From contig NC_087245.1 of the NCBI RefSeq assembly GCF_037042905.1, forward strand, positions 43,092,001 to 43,152,000: 60,000 nucleotides of DNA, read 5' to 3'. Position numbers and translations under genes: made by a program. Below the pieces are notes generated by a model, which was not told where the DNA came from, searched no databases, and worked only from the letters and a program-made list of their open reading frames with translations. This document shows positions 23,611 to 35,829 of the stretch, piece after piece; position 1 is the first letter of the stretch, and each line of letters opens with the position of its first letter. This stretch comes from Lytechinus pictus. Taxonomy: Eukaryota.

Positions 23611-26063
23611 AGCCCTGTTCCCGGAAGTGAGCCAGCCATCTTGAGGAGGAAAAACCTAACATTTAGAACTGAATACAGAGGCATAACATGCCTACAATTA
23701 CATTCAGAAACTTCCCTAGGTATTAAGGCTAGGTAGATCTACGGTACGCTGCATAACTCTAAGTTAAGTCTATAGAATATGTTTAACGTTAGACCTAACC
23801 CAGGGAGCTAGCTCCCGCCCGCGCGACGGCTGCGCGGGTGGGAAAAAGGAAACAATGTTAATACTTAATAATTATGATAATATTAATATTAATAATAATA
23901 ATTACAATATGAATAACAATGATAACAGTAATAAGAATGATAACAACACTCAAGCATGAATAGTTTTCCAACTTTTTGGTGTCATCTGAAAGTTGACTTC
24001 ATTGGCTTTCCATATATGTAGGTATATTCCCCCAAAGTGACATATCTTTTGTCTGGTAGCCCTTTCAAAAGTGTATAGTTTATTTTGAGACGCACTGTAT
24101 AAAGATATAAGAATGAGTTTCTCAATCAGGAGGAAATCCAACATCATGACACTATTGACTCCTTAATCAGGTTTCATATAAAAGGCGCAACTTCAAAATG
24201 CCAAATTATCTAATATTACTTCCCATATCAATTACATTTTAAATTTTTGTTTGTTGTACTCTAATTATCTAAATCAACTTTCAGTTAGACTTCCATTTAT
24301 TAAAAGATTGGTCACCCATAGCAATTTTCTGAATGAGGCATGTATATATGTTGGGTCTTTCGTGGCATGCCTCCTATAAATAATTGTTCATGTTTAACAT
24401 TTTTTTAAAAAGGTCATCAGAAGATGAACAGCCACAGGAGCTACCAGGACAGTCTGAGGGAGATGCTAGGAAAAACAAGGGGGAAAACTATGATGTCCTG
24501 TTCAGATACAAAGGGAGAGCTCGAGAGGCAAGTGCTCCATATGGCACCAATCGTGATGAGCTGTTAGACATAGGAATACGGGTAAATTTGAATTTATTAT
24601 TACAAAGGCTTATGTAATGGTATATATTGCAATTTAATTTCTTTGCCATAAATTGAAAATTAAAATTCCATGCTAGATTGTAGCCTATAGATAGAGATAT
24701 CATGTTTTTTCTGATAAAAAAATGCATTTATAGTGCATATCCTCATTCAAGCAGTGTTGTGTAGTGAAAGGGGGGATGTTATAGTTTGTGCATGGTTCAT
24801 GTTGATGCTTTGCAAAGTTCATGAATTCATACTCATTTATCCCACAATTAAGTCAGAAAATAAATTTTTCATAACCTCCATGAAATTAAAATAATTTGAA
24901 ATTTAAAGAAAAAATAGAGAGGGAAATCTGAAAACATGGATTTTTGTTTAACTAGGGTGAAAATGCTTTCCCATAATATATGCACCAATTCAGTTTTAAA
25001 AGAAATAAAATGAAGTCAGAGGAGCAAGGTGTAATTAAGCTTTATGTGGTATTCACAGACCCCCCCCCCCCCCGCCAACCAAAAGAATACAATTTGTAGC
25101 TTTATATTTGTTAACATGATCTGTCATCCATGTAGCTATTTTCAGATATTCCAAGTTCAAGCGCAGATTGTCACCTTCTGTATTATGCAGAAAAGTGGAG
25201 TGAGTGGATTGATCTACCAGACAGATTTACCCTTGAGTCTGCACTAAAAGTGAAGATGGAACCAATAGGTAAGCTAAAATGCTATATGAAAGATGAATGC
25301 AACTCTGATAAAATGATATATGGCAGGTTGATTAATGTGTAGTTTTCTGTGTTTCATTCATCCTTGTTTGAGCCCCATACATCTCATATACATGTATGTA
25401 AGCTGCTAAAATTGAAATATTCTCTCTCCATGATGTCCTGGGAAGTTACCAAATGACACCTGCATATTTGTAACTCGATCAGCCCTATGTAGAAGTGCTG
25501 TTATAGGAAAAAAAAAATCCTTCCCAGCATCCACAATATATTTGTATGAGCTGCTATTTTCAGGACAAGTCCCCCACCTTGACTTGACTTCACTTGCCTT
25601 TATGCTCTACCTGCCTCACTGAAAATTTTCCATCCAATATTAATTTTTCCCTGTAAAATATAAATGAAGCCCTTTTTACAGTTTACTCAAGTTGAGATGA
25701 AATTCAAGTTCTTCCATACTGATTGACAGTTTGACAACCCATTATTGACTTTATGGCTTCATGCCATACTATACCATTTCTTCTTGGCATATTTGCATAA
25801 TTATTTACTTGTGGCAACATTGCATGCTTATTTGTTTTAAGAAGAGAGAGAAAAGAGGGGGGTAGGAAACATGGTGAGAGGTATAAAGAACTTAAAGAAC
25901 TACAGTATATGGCCTATAAACTTATTCTTCCTTTACTTTTATTTTCATACTTTACCATTTATTTTGCAGCCCTCAAGCAACCTCCCCCCATAGATCCGCT
26001 AAGGGGGAAGGGGGGGGGGGGTCAAGTTTCAAGTTTATTATTGCCCTCTTCAAAAAGGCGCTA

Positions 26064-26555
26064 CCTGATAATTTTGAGTCACCCTGTAGTCACCCCTACA
26101 AATACTTTTCTATATGGTTCTAAGCTGGTGCTTTTATCCTGTTGTCCTCGTTGGCTTGTTTTGGGTATAGTCTGCCTTATGAGCTAAGTTTCTGTACAGT
26201 CTGTCTAATAGGCTGTTTTGGTCTACCCTTGGTGTCAGGGACCTAAATTACATATTTTCTGTCTTGTGGGTCATTTTTTTGTGTGATGTTGAACTTGTGG
26301 ACCTTTATTAGATATTGCCATCTTGTGGGGCAACTATAAATATTACAACGAGATCTGCTTTTAATGAAAGAGGCTCAAGAGACCGACAGCCCAATATATG
26401 GGCATTAGTAAATAAAGGTCCATGAGGCCGACGTCACAGAAAATGTATATTCACAAGGCAGACACTATCCAAAACAGCCCCACGAAGGCGACAGCAATAT
26501 ACAGAAACATATTTGTTCAGGGTATCTCAGAATTGTCAGATATATAGCAGGGGGA
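26064..26555. mobile_element. Degenerate foldback MITE; a related right-arm fragment lies at ~27805-28120
   Basis: CCTGATAATTTTGAGTCACCCTG / CAGGGTATCTCAGAATTGTCAG; the latter recurs at 28081. Confidence 0.6.
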
Positions 26556-26920
26556 GATGAACCCTATGTTTTCACCTACTTCAAATTATAAAATATGGAA
26601 TAATTTATGATTTAATATGATTACATATATAGATTCAGAAGAAAAGACAAAGGAGCCCAACATGACTAAGAAGAGAAACCTCTTGGAGAAGATAAGGGAA
26701 GCCAGCAGGAAGAGACCTTGCACCAAGAAAATGCCAGAAAATGCAATGGTAAGATTGTTTTTCTTGAACCAAAAGAAAACATATGGTAGTACTATTTTCC
26801 TTTATTATGAATTTTCATTTCTGTTACTTTTATTCCTTTTCTTTATTTGTATTTAATTTTTATTAGCAGTATTTACCAAGTAGAAAATAACAAATCTTTT
26901 TACAGATCTTCTGTTACAAG

Positions 26921-27449
26921 TGTAAGAGTTGAATTTTGCCTTATTTAATATAATTGTTTATTTCACACTTTGCTTTCCATACTTCTCTTCACTACCATTT
27001 CTATGCCTCTTTCACAAACCTGTTTCTCTCATTCCTTAGTTTCTTCATCACATCATTCCATTGCCATTCCAACTCCATACAGCTTCACATGTTTATATTG
27101 CCATTTTCCCATTTACATTCAGAACATTCTTCTTCATTCATATCATCTTACCTCATCCTCATTGATTCACTTTTCACCCTTGGTTCTTCCACTTTTCTGG
27201 GTTCTCCCATTCTCTGTTTCTCTATTGGTTGAATTTATCATGTGACATTATTTTTGAATATATTTGAATGTATTATTTGTGAAGGCAATGCCCAGTGAGG
27301 TCTGCATTTCAGACCAATAAAGCAGAGCACTACTAGACTTCATTTTGGTCAACATCTTTAATTTTTTAGTTTAGTTCAATATAATATGAGTTTGCTTGTT
27401 TCTGACTGATTTGTGAGGTAGACATGTTAGAACACTTGGGTACACTACA
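26921..27449 (+). mobile_element. Solo LTR (529 bp), intronic copy
   Basis: TGTA...TACA termini, 4-bp TSD CAAG on both sides, AATAAA at ~27316. Confidence 0.85.
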
Positions 27450-28236
27450 CAAGAACATTGTAAAATATTGTATTTTGTAACAATAAGACATTATCCACAC
27501 ACTTCACGGTTTGAACCAGCTTTTATTATGTAAGTTTTAGTACTTATTTAATGGCAGTATAAAGTGCAAGCAGAATTAACTCCATTTTCATGTTTTCATT
27601 GAGGGTAAATGGGTAGAGGCTTTGTGAGAACAAATTGAATGTTAAGAGATGGCACATTATTACAATATTGTGAGAACCATTGTTAAAAAACACACACAAA
27701 TCTTGGGCTGGCTTATATTGGAAAGAGAAGGTGACAAGATCAGATTGGTCAAAAATATTCCAAGGTCAAATGTCTACAGACATTCAGTGAATGTCATATT
27801 ACAAGGTACAATCCATGAGACCGACACCCTCCAGTCTGACGGCCTACGAGTCCGACGGCCCATGAGACCGACAATAAGTCAAAGAGGCCAACGAGATAGA
27901 CTTCAAACAAAATAGGTCCATGAGACCGACAGCTAAAAAATATAACCCACAAGAAAATACACAATTTAGGCTTATGACACTCGATACACGAAAAAAGCCA
28001 ACAAGACCAATTAATAGCACAGAAAGTGAGCTATCCAAAATAAGCCTATACAGGGATGATATAGAAAAGTGTTAATGTATAGGGTATCTCAGAATTGTCA
28101 GGTATAGCAGGGGGAGGGGGATTCTTATATAGTGTGCATAAAATATTATGATTTTGTCAATGATATTGTGTGTGATATTTTACAGGTCAAACTAAACATA
28201 GGATGGAAAGACTATGATGAAAAAAGCAGATCTTAT

Positions 28237-28764
28237 TGTAGTGTGGCCGAGTGTTCTAACATGTCTACTTCACAAATCAGTCAGAAACAAGCAAACTCAT
28301 ATTATATTGAACTAAACTAAAAAATAAAGATGTTGACCAAAATGAAGTCTAGTAGTGCTCTGATTTATTGATCTGCAATGCAGACCTCACTAGGCATTGC
28401 CTTCACAAATAATACATTCAAATATATTAAAAAATAATGTCACATGATAAATTCAACCAATAGAGAAACAGAGAATGGGAGAACCCAGAAAAGTGGAGGA
28501 ACCAAGGGTGAAAGGTGAACCAATGAGGATGAGGTAAGATGATATGAATGAAGAAGAATGTTCTGAATGTAAATGAGAAAATAACAATAGAAACATGTGA
28601 AGCTGTATGGAGTTGGAATGGCAATGGAATGATGTGATGAAGAAACTAAGGAATGAGAGAAACAGGTGTGTGACAGAGGCATAGAAATGGTAGTGAAGAG
28701 AAGTATGGAAAGCAAAGTGTGAAATAAACAATTATATTAAATAAGGCAAAATTCAACTCTTACA
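28237..28764 (-). mobile_element. Solo LTR (528 bp), same family, opposite orientation, inserted in exon 5 of the RING gene
   Basis: Near reverse complement of 26921-27449 with scattered substitutions; its own 4-bp TSD TTAT (28233-28236, 28765-28768). Confidence 0.88.
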
Positions 28765-29709
28765 TTATCATCAAGTAAAATCTGCACAAGGTGGTGGCTT
28801 GGTTGCCGTCAAAATACAGAAAAATGCTTCCTATGATGACATCATACAGGTCAGCGTAGCTCAATTTTTCCCGAATGGATCATCAAGTAAAGGATCACAA
28901 GCAAGGAACATGCTCTTCACGCTTCGCAATTTTCAAGGACATGAGGTGTCGGAAGCAATCTGTTTGAAAGATCTATATGAGTTGTATGGGTGCAAAACAA
29001 GAATATATCTGTTCAGCAGATATGATGACACTGAAAGGGTTTGTTTTATATCAATTTTTTTTGTTCCAATTGTTAAAAGTATGATGGTGTTAACATTAAG
29101 ATTTTGCTGTTGCTGTTATGTTCTCATCTCACCAAAACTCTTTCTCTACAGATGTATGAAGCAAATAAAGTATGCATATTTTCATTCTCTTTCCCATACG
29201 TAGGAATGAAAAAAGCTCTTATTATGAATTTAAGAGAAAAATTTATCTGGTTATGTTTGCTAAAATTCGTATTCTGATATCCTACTTGGTTGGTGTCTGG
29301 GGCATTATGTTTTGTCCAAGCATTCTTACATGTATGCCGACATATATGGGCGGATCCAGTATTCTCCAATGGGGGGGGGGGGGGGGAACAAATTTTCATC
29401 CAAATTTCCCTCGATCACCTATGTGAAGAGGAGGGGGGTATAATAAGCCTAAAGACAGTGAGTTTTAAAGCTAATTGAAAATATTTGTAGTAATTAAACA
29501 CTGATTTCATGAGAAAGTCTGTAAAACCAAGGTTAATATATTGACACGTCATCCTCGATCTGGATCAGGTACAGTAACATAAACTGAACTTTGTGAAATC
29601 ATGAAATCTAAGCTGAAAAATTATCACACTGAAGATCACGAACACAAATCGTTACCACAACTGGCATTTATTCTAAAGAACTGTTTATTTTCATTTATTT
29701 ATTGATATA

Positions 29710-30528
29710 CAGTGCGTCCCAGAATAAACAAAACCTATATTTATCGATGATTTATCATAACTTGATCACAAATACAATCAACAAATGACCTACCATTTTA
29801 AAGCTTAGAATCTCCTCTTTCATCTGAAATTATACTTAGTTTATTTTTCATTCACGCATGAGTGAGCAAAAACAATTTGAAAAAGGGATACCAAAAAGTC
29901 ACTTGGTGGGCCGTATCTGGGTTTTCAAAAGAAAACCACATTTATAAAAAGTTCAATATCTGCTCTTTAATTTGATACCTCAATTACAGAAAATGGTCAA
30001 GAAATAACAAAGTTCTGGTTATTTGAAATAAGGCTTGTATTTCAATAATTTCATAAAATGAAGAGGTTTTACAGGCAAGCGTACAAACTCACTTGACACT
30101 CCGTTTTGTTGACGATCAACCATGCATTAAGTCTTTTGTTACCGTGCGATAGCTTCTGTGGGAAACCTGTGAAAACACGTTTATTTAATGAAATTATGGA
30201 AAAACAAGCATTGTTTCGAGGGATCATAACTTTTCTACTTCTTGACCATTTTCTGTGATTAAGGTATCAATTAAAAGAGCAGATATTGAACTTTTTAGTC
30301 ATGGGATTTTCTTTTTGAAATTCAGATACCCCCTGCCAAATGAGTTTTTGGCATCCTTTCTTCGAATTTTTTGCTCACTCATGCGTGAATGAGGAAAAAT
30401 CTAAGTAATACCAGATGAAGGAGGAGATTCTAAGCTTTACATTGGTAGGTCATTTGTCTATTTTATTTATGATTAAGTTATGATAAATCATCGCTAAATC
30501 TCGGTTTATTTTTTTCTGGGATGCACTG
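29710..30528. mobile_element. Tc1/mariner-type foldback MITE
   Basis: TA|CAGTGCGTCCCAGAA ... TTCTGGGATGCACTG|TA; arms complementary over roughly 350 bp. Confidence 0.88.
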
Positions 30529-31537
30529 TATATCAACCTGAAAATATTGCATTTCAGTGCTTTTCAAGCTATGCTTTAATATTAGGAAGATATTTATCTA
30601 AACAAAGAATTTAAGCATGAAGGACTAGCTGGGTTTTTTTTAAATATAATATTTAAAACGTGCATTTCCATTAAATATGTGAGCACGATATTCGAGCAGA
30701 TTTTTTTTCTGTTATATCAACCTGAAAATAGCTAGTGCATTTTAAATGTGTTTTGTGCTATTCTCAAGAAACAACAGGATAATTATCACACTAACAATGC
30801 AAGCACAAAGCACAAGCTGAAATTTTGTTATGGCCTCAGCTATCAACTTGAAAACAGTACATTTAAAAAAAAAATTGTGATATGCTTACAAAGAAGATAA
30901 TTATCTCACCAAACAATGCAGCTGAATTTTTTGGATAATTAACCTTGAAACAGTACATTTAACTCTGTTTTGTGCTATGCTCATAACAAGAACACTGATC
31001 TGAATACGCAAATAATGTGAGGGCAAAGTGTGATATAATTTGTATTCTATGTTATTGACCGCAAAGATTTTAAGTGCTATGTGCTCAAAAGAGGATGATC
31101 TCACAAAGAGATAAGTAAAGCGCAAGCTGAAATATTGACTTAAAACTTTCTAATTATTTTTTTGGGGGGTTATTTGTAATCATAATCAGGATTGGCCTAC
31201 ATATATCATTAAACAAAATAATCCAAGCGCTGAGTGAAAGCTGAAATCACAGGTGTAGACATGCATTTCTTTTGTTGGTAGGGGGATGAACTATTCATGT
31301 GCATGGGACAGCTCTGCCCCTTTGACCCCTTGGCAGGGGGCAGGATCCGCCACAGACATATACCGGTAGCTAATCATTGCCATATCTCACTCCATAATTG
31401 TTAGCTAATATCAATCATTTAATATCATTTTCTTGATGTTTTAATGAACAGGAGAATACAGTCTTTGCTGTGGACGATGACTCTGATTCAAGCAATCTAC
31501 CTGATCCAGCATTGACAGGTATGACAGGTGCAGACTA

Positions 31538-31755
31538 TTGGAGTGTTGCAAGAAATTTGCAATTGATCGCAAGCAAATAATCAATCATAAATCAAGAAAT
31601 TAGATTTAAATGTTTAATTGATTGCTGGTCTGCTTCAGGTACCAAAAAAATACATTGATTTGCAATAGTTAAAATTTATCTATCACTTCACTTGCAAACT
31701 TGCCCCTGTAATCAAATTGGCAATTGATTGCAAATATTTTATTGCAACACCCCCT
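31538..31755. mobile_element. Small MITE
   Basis: GGAGTGTTGCAAGAAATTTGCAATTGAT / CAATTGATTGCAAATATTTTATTGCAACACCCC inverted arms. Confidence 0.6.
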
Positions 31756-32865
31756 ATGTTGATATCATACATAATTATAACAATTTCTTATTGACAAGTT
31801 GAAAGTTATCAAACTGTGTGGGAGTTAACTTAGATTGGGACCACAGGCATAGACATGCACTCATTTCTTTTGTAAGGGGGGGGGGGGGCGGGGGTTGAAG
31901 TGCTCATCATCAGTAGAGCAGGACGCAATTCTTTTGTTAGTGGGGGGTATATGCGCTACGCCACAGTGATTGGCCGGACGGGAAGTTTTGGCAAATTAAT
32001 GAATTATGAGATTTTTGGACAGTATGACTCATTAGTTTTGTATATGATATGCCATGAAAGGTGCACTTGCCAATTTATGGCACGATTGCCATAAATGTCA
32101 GTGGCAGAGGTCGTGTGTGTGTGTGTGTCGGGGGGTTGAATCAGCCCGGCCCCTCCAGTTAGGTGTCAAAATAGCCTAGTTTTTTAGGGATGAGATTATT
32201 TTTGGAGATAGTGATACAAACAAAATATGTCATGTTTATAAAACTTTTTTTATAAATATGAATTGCCATAGTGAATAAATATGATAGTGAATAAGGTGGT
32301 TTATATGCACTTCTGGACTAATAGTGGTTGGCCCACTAGCTGCTCTGATCATCTAATATCACAAGGGCTAAACCCATATGGTCTGCTAACAGTTTTGTCT
32401 AACTTCGATGTGGTCTAAGTCTCACTTGGTCTGATGACTGTCTATCTAGCTAAATGGTCTAATTGCCTCTTCGTCTAATTCCCAAACTAATATTTGGTAT
32501 ATTTCCAGTCAATTATACAAGAATCAACCATTTGGACATATGGCGAAGTGGACTTTACATGAAATGGTAAATAGGCAAAGTTACATTAGACCTATACACA
32601 CTGGTTGTAGACGAAATGGAATTAAACCAAGTGGGATGAGGCTAAACGTTCATTGGTCAAATTGGTTTTGATTAATTGGAAATTTATTAAAGTATCTGTG
32701 TCAGTGTTATGAAAATCCAAAACAAGGAGTAATAAAACTGAAAAAGATTGACTGTACGATAGAGCAAACCTCTGAGGACAAATGTTATTGCAGTATAGTT
32801 ATGTTTGTTTGATTTTTATCTCCAAGATATTATGTCTGCAACAACTGCTGTCATGAAAAGTGAAT

Positions 32866-33075
32866 CCACACCTTTCCAGCTACCATCCACACCTTTCCAG
32901 CTACCGTCCACTTTTGGTCAGCCATTACTGTCAACTCCCAGCCATCCACTACCGTCCACTTCCGGCCATCCACTACCGTCCACTTCTGGCCATCCATTGC
33001 CGTCCACTTCTGGCCATCCACTACCATCCACTTCTGGCCATCCACTACCATCCACTTCTAGCCATCCATTGCTGG
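32866..33075 (+). repeat. Coding minisatellite (21- and 24-bp units: STPFQLP, LPSTSGHP) in exon 7 of the RING gene
   Basis: Repeated CCATCCACTACCGTCCACTTCTGG units, in frame. Confidence 0.9.
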
Positions 33076-34368
33076 GCCATCCAACCTTGTCCACTTCCCA
33101 ACTACCATCAGTTGATACCACAGTTGCATCAGGATTTGTAAATGCTGGAACGCCTACGGTATGTATTCTCTACAGTAATTGGGAAAATGCAACTCACTAC
33201 ATAAACATTGTACTGAATACTCAGGTACAGGAGTTGTATGGGGTGCGAATTACTGAGGACAAAACTAGATCAATTTCCAAAATATTTTATCTACACTGAA
33301 AATTTTGTTCTTTTTCTTCTTTCTTTTTTTTTTTTGGGGGGGGGTATTTCCTGAACAATCTGCTTTGAAGATTCCTACAAATAAATTCTGATCCTAAGTT
33401 AAGCGAGGCAACATTTTTTAAACAAAAAATGAGAATATCAATGAAAATAGATTGGATTTTCACTTTTATAAAATAGATGATGCATGTAGTTAATGAATCA
33501 ATGGCCAAGAAATCAATCTTGAATTTATTATAGATTTCTAAATTGGCATTACGTAGCCATTTTAAAGAAATGTCTCTAGTATATGGTGTAAAAATTAAGA
33601 CCTGAAAAAATTGCGCTTAAAATTCATCATGTAGTGCATAAAAAAAGACTTGAACTGAGTTTAACCCATAAACTGCTAGGATTTCTTTGTATTTAACACC
33701 AACTATTGAGCCCTTTTTGGAGTATTGTGTATACTGATCATACAATGGTCATTCAAAATATTGTAAAAAATCTGATCTTGAATATTTTATCTTTTTGTCA
33801 TGTAATATTTTTCTAAAGTGCATTTAAAAAAAAACTGTAAACTTTTGAAATGGCTGCCAACTAAAAAATATATCACTACGGGAGAAAAGGCTCATACACT
33901 GAAAGCCAATAACCTCGTCTTTCGAATGACACCAAACATGTGGGAAAATATTCATGCTTGAGTGAGCACTGCCCATCTTGAAGGTTATGAAAATTAGGCT
34001 GGGAAGCTTTTCAGATTTTCATTTTTTTAGAAGCAAGTCTTTTGGAACTAATTGCAAAGTGAAGGGTGTTATGATGAACTATGTATCAATCATGATCATT
34101 TTGGTATCTTGAAAATTTTTCATTGGTTATTAAATTCCAATTTGATGCATGAGTCAACATGAATTGCAATTGTTAGTGTAGCATTTTAACTTTATCTTGT
34201 GGACTTTATCTCAGCAGTGTGTTCATGGGAGAATGTAGGGGGTGAGATAGGACTTAAATGAATGAAATAAAGTGATGGGATAAGTGTCAACAGAACATTT
34301 AGCCCCCTCCATTCTCCCCTTCTGAGAGACTGATTGCTATTATTACAAATGAAGTCCACAACACACTG

Positions 34369-34988
34369 TTTTTGTCTCACCTGCATAGCAGAGTGAGACT
34401 ATAGACGCCGCTTTTCTAACGTCGGCGGCGTCAACACCAAATCTTAACCAAACGTTAAGTTTTTGAAATGACAGCATAACTTAAAACGTATATAGATCTA
34501 GTTCATGAAACTTAATCATAAGATTAATGAAGTATTATTGAACATCCTGTCTGAGTTTCATGTCACATGACCAAGGTCAAAGGTCATTTAGAGTCAATGA
34601 ACTTAGACCATGTTGGGGGAATCAACACCAAAACCTTAACCCAAGGTTAAGTTTTTGAAATGTCATCATAACTTAGAAAATATATAGACCTAGATCATGA
34701 AACTTTGACATAAGAGTAATCAAGTATCACTGAACATGTGCAAGTTTCAGGTCACATGATCAAGGTAAAAGGTCATGTAAGGTCAACAAACATTGGCCAC
34801 GTTTGGGGTATTTGTTGAATTACCATCATATCTTTATAAGTGTATTGGTCTAGTTCATAAAACTTGGACATAAGAGTAATCAAGTATCACTGAACATCTT
34901 GTGTGGGTTACAGTAGTTTTCAAAGTAAGCACTAATGCTATATTGAATTGCATGATGCAGGTGAGACTGCCAGAGCAATTCCACTTGT
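34369..34988 (+). mobile_element. Helentron/DINE-1-like non-autonomous element, copy 1
   Basis: T-run start, subterminal inverted repeat GTCTCACCTGCAT / ATGCAGGTGAGAC, internal ~180-bp tandem units; near copy at 38835. Confidence 0.7.
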
Positions 34989-35269
34989 TTTAATAACAAA
35001 TTCTCAAAACTAGGGCATCAACTTTCTTTAATCAACAATTTATCAGTAAATCAACTATTCAATCTTTTGATCTGTTCAATCAAACATTTACCTACCATTC
35101 AGCTAGTTCAATAAATAATTTCATAAATCAATAATAATCAGTCAATTTCTTGTTAATTATTTAATTTGAAAACTGACCCATCAATCATTGGTCACTTAAT
35201 TGGCAGTTAAATTTTGAATAACATCCAGGAAGTGAGAAAAAGAACACACTGCTGAGATCCACTGCTAAG

Positions 35270-35829
35270 CCCGGGGGGGGGGGCACTTACATTGACGAGT
35301 GGATACCATGCGCGACCAAAAAAACACGTAAAAAGGATGTCCTTTTCACGATAGGGCACGTTACATACGTAACGTGATAAGGGTGTCAAAAACACAAAAA
35401 TAATGAAAAAAGTGTGTCTATTTCGCGAGGAAAATTACGTGTTTAGGGTTGAATTTGCGGGAATGATAAAACAAAATTAAAATGTTTTATAAAGGATGTC
35501 CATTTCGCCCCAACACTTCGTGTTTAGAGGGCGATTTGCGCGAGGTGTAGAAGGTGGGGTCGTACTAAACCAAATAAGGTAAAGCCAACGACCGAAGAAC
35601 CCGTAACAATAAAACATTCCTGTACTTGTTTAGGGGTTCATTTCAGGGAATGTTTGCCAAGAGTATCGTTTTGTTTCCAATACTTGTTAAGGGTAGGGTT
35701 TCACACGTCAATACTTGTTAAGGGGTGCATTTTCAGAATATGGAAAATATGTGTTTAGGGTGCTTTTCGAGACCCCTTGGTCGCGCATGGTATCCACTCG
35801 TGAATGGAAGTGGCCCCCCCCCCCCCGGG
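35270..35829 (+). mobile_element. MITE with CCCGGG(G)n termini
   Basis: ACGAGTGGATACCATGCGCGACC / GGTCGCGCATGGTATCCACTCGT inverted arms; both flanks contain TGCTAA. Confidence 0.8.

Noticed and set aside
26954..28731. Mirror-image 91-92 aa ORFs on both strands
   Set aside because: They are low-complexity translations of the two LTR copies.
26921..28764. A single element with long inverted terminal repeats (DIRS/foldback)
   Set aside because: Each repeat has its own distinct 4-bp TSD, and the sequence between them contains the RING gene's intron and exon.
32851..33141. Alternative-frame and antisense ORFs over the coding minisatellites (also 5952-6283)
   Set aside because: Stop-free by-products of short tandem repeats; only one frame fits the splice phases.
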